Below are positions 44,926 through 54,344 of a DNA stretch of 64,000 nt, piece after piece. Within the stretch, counting starts at the first letter, position 1, and every line of letters begins with the position of its first letter. The stretch spans positions 5,614-69,613 of the forward strand of contig QCBK01000004.1 in assembly GCA_003281635.1 (NCBI GenBank). Reading direction: 5' to 3'. The translations under genes and the position numbers were made by a program. The notes under the pieces are model-generated. The model made no database searches. It saw nothing but the letters and a program-made list of their open reading frames with translations, and had not been told where the DNA came from. Source of the stretch: Prochlorococcus sp. AG-347-G22. Its GTDB lineage: Bacteria > Cyanobacteriota > Cyanobacteriia > PCC-6307 > Cyanobiaceae.

Positions 44926-45148
44926 ATCTATTTTTATTTCTATAATCTTCTCAAATCTTTCTGCATTATTTGCATATATAGGACCTGGAATGGGAGGTGG
45001 AGTTATCGCTGCAATTTTTGGAATAATCGCAGCATTCTTTTTAGGATTATGGGGGATCTTATATTATCCAATCAAACGAGCATTTAAAAATAAGAAAAAG
45101 AAGAATACATTATCAAAAAATAAGAATAATAGTAATAACAGAAGGTGA
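44918..45148 (+). CDS. Small membrane protein with AYIGPGMGGG motif and basic tail
   Basis: Hydrophobic segments, Gly-rich turn and Lys-rich C-terminus; overlaps both neighbours. Confidence 0.7.
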   Translation: MTESIFISIIFSNLSALFAYIGPGMGGGVIAAIFGIIAAFFLGLWGILYYPIKRAFKNKKKKNTLSKNKNNSNNRR

Positions 45149-45501
45149 ACCATTTAATTCTTTTATTGATTTGTTTTTTGTCTGTTGAAGTATTGATCAG
45201 GTCAAATTATTTATCCTTTGTCAAATCGATATTTAAGGTAAGCAAGAAAGCAATTTCTATCATACTGAACAAAAATATTAGTGATCACTGGAAAGAATAC
45301 ATTATCCCCAAATATTCATTGCAGATGATGAAGTATTCAATGCAAATGATATTAATTCTATTTTTGATTATTTTTATTTTTGTTATTGCAGATAACTTGT
45401 TTAGCGGGTTTCTTGCTTTCACATTGTCTTGGAGTGGAATAATTGAATCTATACTGCTTGCATTTAGTTATGTCTACATGAGAAAACTAATTTTTAGATG
45501 A
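45145..45501 (+). CDS. Small multi-TM hypothetical protein
   Basis: About 3 hydrophobic segments, ISDHWKE linker; GTGA/ATGA overlaps with neighbours. Confidence 0.7.
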   Translation: MNHLILLLICFLSVEVLIRSNYLSFVKSIFKVSKKAISIILNKNISDHWKEYIIPKYSLQMMKYSMQMILILFLIIFIFVIADNLFSGFLAFTLSWSGIIESILLAFSYVYMRKLIFR

Positions 45502-46472
45502 ATAATTATTCTTGGTTGGAACAAAAGTTGCATAAATTTGCTCTTTCATCGCAATTTATGCGAGAAGTAACTTTTGATTTTGAAAGTACTAATATCGCTC
45601 CTTTAAGTGAGACTGGAGACCATGTTTTTATTACAGGACTTGCACGTTCAGGGACAACGATATTATTAAATGCACTTTATAACTCGAATACTTTTGCTTC
45701 TTTATCTTATGCTGATATGCCATTTGTTCTCGCTCCTAACCTTTGGTCCAAAATATCCTTTAATAAGAAAAATTTAGAGTTAAAGGAAAGAGCACATGGA
45801 GATGGAATTAAAGTCTCTACAGAGTCACCAGAAGCATTTGAGGAGGTATTTTGGAAGACTTTTGCTGAAGAAAATGATAATGAATTAGCAGAAAAGTTCA
45901 GGGTTTATGTAGGTAATATTTTGTATAAGTATAAAAAGGAGAGATACCTAAGTAAAAATAATCAAAATATCAAGAGAGTTGAATTAATTAATTCTATTTT
46001 CATTAATTCAAAGATACTTATTCCTTTCAGAGAACCAATACAGCATGCATATTCTTTACTAACTCAGCATAAAAAATTTATTGAGGACTCAAAAAATGAC
46101 AAGTTTATATCAAAATATATGAAATGGATTGGACATACAGAATTTGGTCCTAATTACATACCTATTCACAATCAAAATCTAAATTTTGATAATGATTTAG
46201 AAATAAATCATTGGATTGAACAGTGGTATATTACCTACAAAAATGCTTTTCAATCTCTAAAAAATAAGAAAAACATTTATTTTATATCTTATGAAAAACT
46301 TTGCTCAACGAAAGATTACTGGTATAAGATTCAAGAAATTGCAAAAATAGAAGAATATTATGATTTTGAATTTAGAGAATCTAAAAAAGATATTTCATTA
46401 AATATTGATAAAGAATTAAGAGGTAAAGTATTGTGTTTATATTTTGATTTAAATGGTTTAAATCTCATGTAA
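45498..46472 (+). CDS. PAPS-dependent sulfotransferase
   Basis: 5'-PSB loop FITGLARSGTT, 3'-PB motif PFREPIQHAYS, ISYEKL. Confidence 0.85.
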   Translation: MNNYSWLEQKLHKFALSSQFMREVTFDFESTNIAPLSETGDHVFITGLARSGTTILLNALYNSNTFASLSYADMPFVLAPNLWSKISFNKKNLELKERAHGDGIKVSTESPEAFEEVFWKTFAEENDNELAEKFRVYVGNILYKYKKERYLSKNNQNIKRVELINSIFINSKILIPFREPIQHAYSLLTQHKKFIEDSKNDKFISKYMKWIGHTEFGPNYIPIHNQNLNFDNDLEINHWIEQWYITYKNAFQSLKNKKNIYFISYEKLCSTKDYWYKIQEIAKIEEYYDFEFRESKKDISLNIDKELRGKVLCLYFDLNGLNLM

Positions 46473-46500
46473 AAAAAGATTAAATATGCCATATGAAGAA

Positions 46501-46543
46501 AACGTTAGCAGAGAGTACGTTTTAAGCGATTGTGTTGGGTAAA
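46501..46543 (+). repeat. Right copy of the 43-bp palindromic direct repeat
   Basis: AACGTTAGCAGAGAGTACGTTTTAAGCGATTGTGTTGGGTAAA versus left AACGTAGTCAGAGATTACGTTCTAAGCGATTGCGGTGGGTAAA. Confidence 0.8.
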
Positions 46544-46557
46544 TTACCTTCATTTGG

Positions 46558-46601
46558 GGTCATGTTAGTTCGTATTCGTGCATCTAGGTTCTCTAGAGTT
46601 C
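46558..46601 (+). repeat. 10-bp-phased GTTC array (right arm)
   Basis: GGTC/GTTC/GTGC/GTTC/GTTC at 46558, 46568, 46578, 46588, 46598. Confidence 0.75.
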
Positions 46602-46613
46602 TCTTTTTAGTGA

Positions 46614-46629
46614 CTCCCTCTCCGTAATT
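46614..46629 (+). repeat. attR-like core repeat (copy of tRNA-Ser 3' end)
   Basis: CTCCCTCTCCGTAATT, identical to 43239-43254. Confidence 0.85.
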
Positions 46630-46659
46630 TGTTCAGAAAATTTTTAATTAATATTTGTT

Positions 46660-47448
46660 TTAAAACAAGTCAAAATTAATATCTTTGAGGTCATAAATAG
46701 AATTTAAAATCAAGTCTGCGCCTGCATTTCTAAGATTTTTTTCATAAGAATCACGTTCTTTTAATCGAGAATTGACATGTAAATGAGGGGGAGCTATTCC
46801 AATACTTATGAATTTCTGAGATGGTATTTCCTTTCTAGCGTTTATAACTGTATATATATCTGCAATAGTATCTCCTACATATGCGATGGGTATATTTGAT
46901 TCGCCAAGTTTATCTCCAATAAGCTTTTTTGATAAGTTAATAAAACCCTTAGGGTCAGGCTTGTCAGGGGCATCTCCCATAGATATTAATGGTGGTGATT
47001 TTAGTCCAAGTCTTTTTTCTAAAACAAATTTTGCAGAAGCAGACTCTGCACCACTAACAAAACCCCAGATTATTCCATTGCTTCGAATTAAATCAAAAAA
47101 ACTTTTATCAACTAATAACTCCTCATTTGTTATGTATCCAGACCAATATTTACTATCTTGATTTGGATCTCCACCAAAGTAAAACTCTTCAAAACATTTT
47201 ACTATTTCCTCTCTTGCAGGAATTTTAAAGTTTAAGTTATTTTTTTTTATAAATCTTTTTATAAGTTCTAAACTTAAATCCCAATCATTATTCCAGATCC
47301 CTTCGTTTTTTGCATTATCAATATCTATGTAACTTGGCTCCCATCCGGAGAATTTGTAAACTGTTTTTTTTAATGAAAGTCTGTAACTATTTTCTACGCT
47401 GCGGATTACCCCATCTATGTCAAATAAAATTAATCCAATATTTTTCAA
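46660..47448 (-). CDS. HAD-superfamily hydrolase (TIGR01548-like)
   Basis: LFDIDGVIR, WNNDWD, DKPDP, YVGDT. Confidence 0.85.
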   Translation of the reverse strand: MKNIGLILFDIDGVIRSVENSYRLSLKKTVYKFSGWEPSYIDIDNAKNEGIWNNDWDLSLELIKRFIKKNNLNFKIPAREEIVKCFEEFYFGGDPNQDSKYWSGYITNEELLVDKSFFDLIRSNGIIWGFVSGAESASAKFVLEKRLGLKSPPLISMGDAPDKPDPKGFINLSKKLIGDKLGESNIPIAYVGDTIADIYTVINARKEIPSQKFISIGIAPPHLHVNSRLKERDSYEKNLRNAGADLILNSIYDLKDINFDLF

Positions 47449-47543
47449 TTAATTTTCTCAATCATTATTTTAAAAGATTAGTATTCTTATAAAAAAAAAG
47501 CAAAGAAAAATATTCTATTTATTAAATTTTGGATTATGAAAAT

Positions 47544-49346
47544 TTAATTTTGTAAATACCCTCTGGGAGTGAGAAATATTTCATCAATTAAAGTTGTTTG
47601 AGAATTGCCAATAATAATGATTGATAACATATCAATATCTTTAAAAGGAATGGTGTTTAAAGTAACAAATTTTTTGGATTGACTTTCTCTCCCTACTTGT
47701 CTAGCCACTAAAACTGGAGTATCCCCATGCCTAGTTTGCAAACATATATTTATTACATTTTTTAGCTGCCAATTTCTTTCAATGGATTGAGGATTAAATA
47801 AAGCCATTACAAAGTCACCCACAAGAGCTCCTTCAATTCTTTTTTCAATTAAGGACCATGGAGTTAATTTATCGCTTAAGCTTATTGAACAAAAGTCATT
47901 CATTAGTGGTGCGCCACTAATCGCAGCAGCTAATTGAACACTACTTATACCTGGATGTACTTCAAAGTAAGGTCTCTCTTCTTTTTTGATTTTTTGAAGT
48001 AATTCTAAAAGTAAACCAGCCATGCCATAAAATCCTGATTCACCTGAAGAAATTAAAGCCACTTTTATTCCTTCCTCGGCTAATTTAATTGCTTTACTGC
48101 ATCTCTCTTTTTCTTCAGTAAGTTTACTTTCAATTAAAACTTGATCACTCCTTTTTAACGGTTTAATTAAATCTAAATACATTTTGTATCCTATCCAAAC
48201 AGAACATCTTGAAAGTGCTTTTTTTGCATTATTGGTTAGGAAGGAGATATCACCAGGTCCACTTCCAATAATGTGTATTTCGCCATGGGTTGGGTTATAT
48301 TGATTTTTTGATTCTGCTATAGCAATAGTTACTGCCCCAGATTCATTTTTAAAAATTCTTTTTTCTTGTAATAATTTTGATTCTTTTCCTGCTGCGAGTA
48401 AGCAAGAGGCTTCTGCTACCGAAGGAGTGCCAATTTCCTTTTGCACGATATTTGATGGATTTGGAACGATTATTTTTGAAAGATCTTCTCTACTAAAAAA
48501 TTTTATCGGCAATTTTTTTTCTTCAGCAAGTTCTAAAATTCCTTTCTCATCTTTTTTAAGATCAATAGTTGCAAATCCCGCAATTGATTGTTGTGATAAA
48601 TTTCCTGATTCTAAAAAATTATTTAAAGAATTTGCTATTAATTCTTTGCTTGTTTCTCTTTCACACCCGATGCCAATCCATAATACGGGTGGATGCCAAT
48701 TTCTTTTATTATTTGCGAATATACCGACATGAAATGTTGAATCTGGTTTTTCAATTTCTTTTTCATTAATTTGATTAATAATCTCCCCTGATTTTGAAAT
48801 TTTCCATAAGCTATTACCAGATAATTGTTTGCAAAATATTTCTTCATTCTTGGCTTGTTTAATTACTAGTTTTGACCAATCCTTTATGTTGCCAGATCTT
48901 TTCCAACCCCATTGATTTCCAAATGCATCAAGATTTAAGAAGCTTTGATCATTGGAATTATTTGTTTCTACTATTTCGCCACCAAGAAAATTAGCAATTT
49001 GAAATGCAATATTTTGGGTATTTGACTGATGTAAGCCAATTAAAGGAACTATCTTGGAACATTTGTTATCTATAACGATTACACCTGGATCTTGATCTTT
49101 TGAGGTTAAAAAAGAATTTATTATGCGAATTGATGCAGCAATTGAGCCTATAAAAATTATTAAATCTATTTCCAGCCATTTTTTAAGTAAGATTTCTCTA
49201 GGTTTTTGTACTTGAATACATTCATCTTCCTCTCCATCATCTTTTGAAGAACCTGCAATATATATATCTTTGACAAATTCTGTTTTTTTAAGCCTTTTTA
49301 AAATTTCTTTTGAATTATTAGATAGACCTATAGCAATTCCTTTCAA
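47544..49346 (-). CDS. cobJ: CbiG/CobJ fusion (precorrin-3B C17-methyltransferase)
   Basis: N-terminal DPGVIVID, IGIGCE, SVAEAS (CbiG); C-terminal GSGPG, SSGESGFYGMAG, ISLSDKLTPW, TPRGY (CobJ). Confidence 0.9.
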   Translation of the reverse strand: MKGIAIGLSNNSKEILKRLKKTEFVKDIYIAGSSKDDGEEDECIQVQKPREILLKKWLEIDLIIFIGSIAASIRIINSFLTSKDQDPGVIVIDNKCSKIVPLIGLHQSNTQNIAFQIANFLGGEIVETNNSNDQSFLNLDAFGNQWGWKRSGNIKDWSKLVIKQAKNEEIFCKQLSGNSLWKISKSGEIINQINEKEIEKPDSTFHVGIFANNKRNWHPPVLWIGIGCERETSKELIANSLNNFLESGNLSQQSIAGFATIDLKKDEKGILELAEEKKLPIKFFSREDLSKIIVPNPSNIVQKEIGTPSVAEASCLLAAGKESKLLQEKRIFKNESGAVTIAIAESKNQYNPTHGEIHIIGSGPGDISFLTNNAKKALSRCSVWIGYKMYLDLIKPLKRSDQVLIESKLTEEKERCSKAIKLAEEGIKVALISSGESGFYGMAGLLLELLQKIKKEERPYFEVHPGISSVQLAAAISGAPLMNDFCSISLSDKLTPWSLIEKRIEGALVGDFVMALFNPQSIERNWQLKNVINICLQTRHGDTPVLVARQVGRESQSKKFVTLNTIPFKDIDMLSIIIIGNSQTTLIDEIFLTPRGYLQN

Positions 49347-49570
49347 ATCAGAAACTATTGATAGTTATGTTGAAATTATATCCTGTCGCTGGATTAAAAA
49401 AATTCTCCTTGAAATATAAAAAAAAATTTAAGAAATTTACATAAAATTTGAGTAAAAATACTCATAATTTAGTCATAGACTAGAATTTAACAAAATATTC
49501 ATATAGTAACAATCATTAGAACATTTGTTACGTTAATGCATAACGAAAGAATCTTTGCCTTATTATTTTT

Positions 49571-49680
49571 GAAACGAATATCTAAAGTTTCGAAGGATTC
49601 GTTTTCTTGAACATTATCATTAAATGTAGGTTCAAGATCCGATCAATCGGCTTTAATGTCAATTATTTTCGAGGTGCTAG
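49571..49680 (+). ncRNA. Structured psaA 5' leader (probably the psaA RNA motif)
   Basis: Hairpins GAAACGAAT/ATTCGTTTT, TCTTGAAC/GTTCAAGA, CCGAT/ATCGG after a TATTAT -10 at 49561 and before the GAGG SD. Confidence 0.6.
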
Positions 49681-51984
49681 ATGACCATCAGCCCACCAGA
49701 AAGTGGAGAAAAAAACAAAAAAGTTTTGGAGGATCCTGTTAAGGCCGATCCAAGACCTATTGATTTTGCCAAATTAGATAAGCCAGGTTTCTGGTCAAGT
49801 AAATTATCTAAAGGTCCAAAAACTACAACTTGGATCTGGAATTTGCATGCTGACGCACATGATTTCGATGTGCATACAGGCGATGCTGAAGAAGCAACAA
49901 GAAAAATCTTTTCAGCTCATTTTGGACATCTTGCAGTTATTTTTATATGGATGAGTGCTGCATTTTTCCATGGAGCAAGATTTTCCAACTACTCAGGTTG
50001 GTTAGCTGATCCAACTCATGTTAAACCCGGAGCTCAGCAAGTTTGGGCAATTGTTGGTCAAGAAATGCTTAATGCTGATCTTGGTGCTAACTACAACGGA
50101 ATTCAAATCAGTTCAGGAATATTTCACATGTGGCGAGCATGGGGAATAACTAATGAAAGCGAACTTATGGCCTTGGCAATAGGTGCTGTAGTAATGGCTG
50201 CACTTATGCTTCATGCTGGAATTTTTCATTATCACAAAGCAGCTCCAAAAATGGAGTGGTTCCAAGATATTGAGTCTATGCTCAATCACCATATAGCTGG
50301 TTTAGTAGGGTTAGGATCATTAGCATGGGCTGGTCATTGTATTCATATAGGAGCTCCTACTGCAGCACTCTTAGATGCTATTGATGCGGGTACTCCGCTA
50401 GTAATTAATGGTAAAGAAATAGCAACTATTGCAGATATGCCTATGCCGCATCAACTCTGTGATCCACAAGTTATCGGTCAAATTTTTCCAGGATTAGCAA
50501 GTGGTACAGGTAATTTCTTTAGTTTAAACTGGTTAGCTTTCTCAGACTTCCTTACTTTCAAAGGCGGACTTAATCCTGTTACAGGAAGCTTATGGATGAC
50601 CGATGTTTCACATCATCATTTAGCTTTTGGTGTAATTGCAATTATTGGTGGTCATATGTATAGAACCAATTACGGTATCGGTCATAGTATGAAAGAAATA
50701 TTAGATTCACAGCAAGGAGACCCAATATTATTCCCTGCTCCTAAAGGTCATCAAGGTCTTTTTGAGTTCATGGCAGAAAGTAGACATGCACAGCTTGCGG
50801 TAAACCTCGCAATGCTTGGATCAATAAGTATACTTGTATCTCATCATATGTATGCTATGCCTCCTTATCCATATATAGCTACTGATTACATGACAGTTCT
50901 TGGATTATTTACCCATCACATGTGGATAGGTGGATTGTTCATAGTAGGAGCGGGTGCACATGCTGGAATTGCAATGGTTAGAGATTATGATCCAGCAAAA
51001 CATATTGATAATGTATTAGACAGAATTTTAAAGGCAAGAGACGCTTTAATCAGTCATTTGAACTGGGTATGTATGTGGTTAGGATTCCATAGTTTTGGAC
51101 TTTATATTCACAACGATACAATGAGAGCTTTGGGAAGACCCCAAGATATGTTTAGTGATACTGCTATCCAACTTCAACCAATTTTTGCTCAATGGGTACA
51201 GAGTATTCAAGCATCTGCTGTTGGCACTTCTCTTTTAGCAGGTACTGCAGAAGCTTTACCTCACAAAGCTTTAAGTGAAGTTTTTAATGGAAGTTTAGTA
51301 GAAGTTGGTGGAAAGGTTGCTATAGCACCAATTCCATTGGGCACAGCTGATTTAATGATTCATCATATTCACGCTTTCCAAATCCACGTAACTGTTTTGA
51401 TACTTCTCAAAGGTGTACTTTATGCAAGAAGCTCAAGGTTGATCCCTGACAAGGCTTCTTTGGGATTTAGATTCCCTTGTGATGGCCCTGGAAGGGGTGG
51501 TACATGTCAAGTCTCTTCATGGGATCACGTGTTCTTGGCACTTTTCTGGATGTATAACTGTTTATCAATAGTTATCTTCCACTTCTCTTGGAAAATGCAG
51601 AGTGATGTTTGGGGACTTACTGGTGGTAATTTCGCACAAAGTTCCATCACTATTAATGGTTGGCTAAGAGATTTCCTTTGGGCTCAAGCTTCCCAAGTAT
51701 TAACAAGTTATGGTCAATCCATAAGCATGTATGGTTTGATGTTCTTAGGAGCTCACTTTATTTGGGCATTTAGCTTAATGTTCCTCTTTAGTGGACGCGG
51801 ATATTGGCAAGAATTATTCGAATCAATTGTTTGGGCACATAACAAACTTAAGGTTGCTCCAACTATTCAACCAAGAGCTTTATCTATCACTCAGGGTAGA
51901 GCTGTAGGTGTAACACACTTCCTTGTCGGTGGTATAGCAACTACATGGGCTTTCTTCCACGCTCGCCTTTTCGGCCTGGGCTAA
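49681..51984 (+). CDS. psaA: Photosystem I P700 apoprotein A1
   Basis: [28 protein letters not shown]. Confidence 0.99.
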
Positions 51985-52012
51985 TTCACCTGAACTTCAC
52001 CTTTTTAATTCA

Positions 52013-54241
52013 ATGGCAACAAAATTTCCATCATTTAACCAGGGTCTAGCTCAGGACCCTACAACCCGACGAATTTGGTACGGAATAGCTACCGCTCACG
52101 ACTTTGAAAGTCATGATGGTATGACCGAAGAAAAGCTTTATCAAAAGCTTTTCTCTACACATTTTGGTCATCTAGCGATAATCGCCCTTTGGGTAGCTGG
52201 TAACCTATTTCACATTGCTTGGCAAGGTAACTTCGAGCAATTTGTACTTGATCCAACTCACGTTCGTCCTATTGCTCATGCTATTTGGGATCCTCATTTT
52301 GGATCTGGCATCACAGAAGCAATGACACAAGCTGGAGCTAGTGGTCCAGTAAATATAGCTTATTCAGGTCTCTACCATTGGTGGTACACAATTGGAATGA
52401 GAACTAATGAGCAACTCTTCCAAGCTTCAATATTCATGAGTATTTTGGCTTGTTGGACTCTTTTTGCAGGTTGGTTACATTTACAGCCAAAATTCAGACC
52501 TTCTCTAGCTTGGTTTAAAAATGCAGAGTCAAGATTAAATCATCATTTAGCTGTTTTATTTGGTTTTAGTAGCATCGCTTGGACAGGTCATTTGGTTCAT
52601 GTTGCAATACCTGAATCAAGAGGTCAGCATGTGGGTTGGGATAATTGGTTAACAGTTCTTCCACACCCTGCAGGATTAGCTCCTTTCTTTACTTTAAACT
52701 GGGGAGCTTATGCTCAAAATCCTGATTCCTTAGACCAAGTATTTGGAACAGCTGAAGGAGCTGGAACAGCAATCTTTACTTTCTTAGGTGGTCTTCATCC
52801 TCAAAGTGAAGCATTATGGCTTACCGATATTGCGCATCACCATATTGCTATTGGAACAGTTTTTGTAATTGCTGGTCATATGTATAGAAATACTTTTGGT
52901 ATTGGTCATAGCCTAAAAGAAATTACAGAAGCTCATAACACAAGACACCCTAATGATCCTCATAAAGGTAGTTTCGGAATTAACCATGATGGAATATATG
53001 AAACTGTAAATAATTCATTACATTTCCAACTTGGATTAGCATTAGCATCACTTGGTGTAGCCACTTCTCTTGTAGCTCAACATATGGGTGCACTTCCCTC
53101 TTACGCTTTTATTGCCAGAGACTATACTACACAATCTGCTTTATATAGCCATCATCAATACATAGCAATGTTCTTGATGGTTGGTGCATTTGCACACGGA
53201 GCTATTTTCTTTGTAAGAGATTACGACCCAGAATTAAATAAAGATAATGTATTAGCAAGAGTTCTTGGAACAAAGGAAGCTTTAATAAGTCACCTTAGTT
53301 GGGTAACAATGTTGCTTGGATTCCATACCCTAGGAATTTATGTTCATAACGATGTTGTTGTAGCTTTTGGTAATCCTGAAAAGCAAATTCTAATAGAGCC
53401 AGTATTTGCTCAATTTGTTCAAGCTGCTCAAGGTAAAATGATGTATGGCTTTAATGCCTTATTATCTGATCCCACAAGCTCAGCAAGTCTCGCTGCTAAC
53501 TCATTACCAGGTAATCATTACTGGATGGATCTGATCAATAGACAAGATGCATTAAGTGCTTTCTTACCTATAGGTCCTGCAGATTTCTTAGTTCACCATG
53601 CTATCGCTTTAGGTCTTCATACAACCGCTTTAATACTTATCAAAGGTGCACTTGATGCTAGAGGAACAAAATTAATTCCTGATAAGAAAGATTTAGGATA
53701 TGCATTCCCTTGTGATGGTCCTGGGCGTGGAGGTACTTGTGATAGTTCATCTTGGGATGCTATGTACTTAGCAATGTTCTGGGCGTTAAATTTACTAGCA
53801 TGGGTAACCTTCTACTGGCATTGGAAACACCTAGCAATATGGCAGGGTAATGTAGCACAATTTAATGAATCAGGAACTTATCTTATGGGTTGGTTCAGAG
53901 ATTATCTCTGGTTGAACTCTGCTCAGCTTATTAACGGATATAATCCATTTGGAGTAAACTCTTTATCTCCTTGGGCTTGGATGTTCCTATTCGGTCACTT
54001 AGTTTGGGCAACTGGTTTCATGTTCCTGATATCATGGCGTGGTTACTGGCAAGAATTAATTGAAACATTAGTTTGGGCACATCAGCGTACTCCAATAGCT
54101 AATCTTGTTGGCTGGAGAGATAAGCCAGTTGCACTCTCAATTGTTCAAGCTAGGTTAGTTGGACTAGCACATTTCACGATTGGAAACATTCTTACATTCG
54201 GTGCATTTGTTATTGCTTCAACTTCAGGTAAGTTTGGTTAA
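52013..54241 (+). CDS. psaB: Photosystem I P700 apoprotein A2
   Basis: [28 protein letters not shown]. Confidence 0.99.
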
Positions 54242-54259
54242 ATTTTTCTAATATAATTT

Positions 54260-54288
54260 AAATCACCACATTTGTGGTGATTTTTTTT
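54260..54288 (+). terminator. Rho-independent terminator after psaAB
   Basis: AAATCACCAC-ATTT-GTGGTGATTT stem followed by a T tract. Confidence 0.85.
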
Positions 54289-54344
54289 GTTTAATTTTAA
54301 TGTTCTAAATTAAGTTAAAATTATATAAATATTATCAACTATAA

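Larger units (their letters stand above)
43239..46629. mobile_element. Integrase-less tRNA-Ser-targeted mini genomic island (3.4 kb)
   Basis: Perfect 16-bp direct repeat CTCCCTCTCCGTAATT at 43239-43254 (tRNA 3' end) and 46614-46629, patterned repeats at both ends, non-core cargo. Confidence 0.85.

Noticed and set aside
49507-49532. GTAACA...TGTTAC inverted repeat upstream of psaA as an NtcA site
   Set aside because: The spacing does not fit GTA-N8-TAC, and no regulator can be assigned from sequence.
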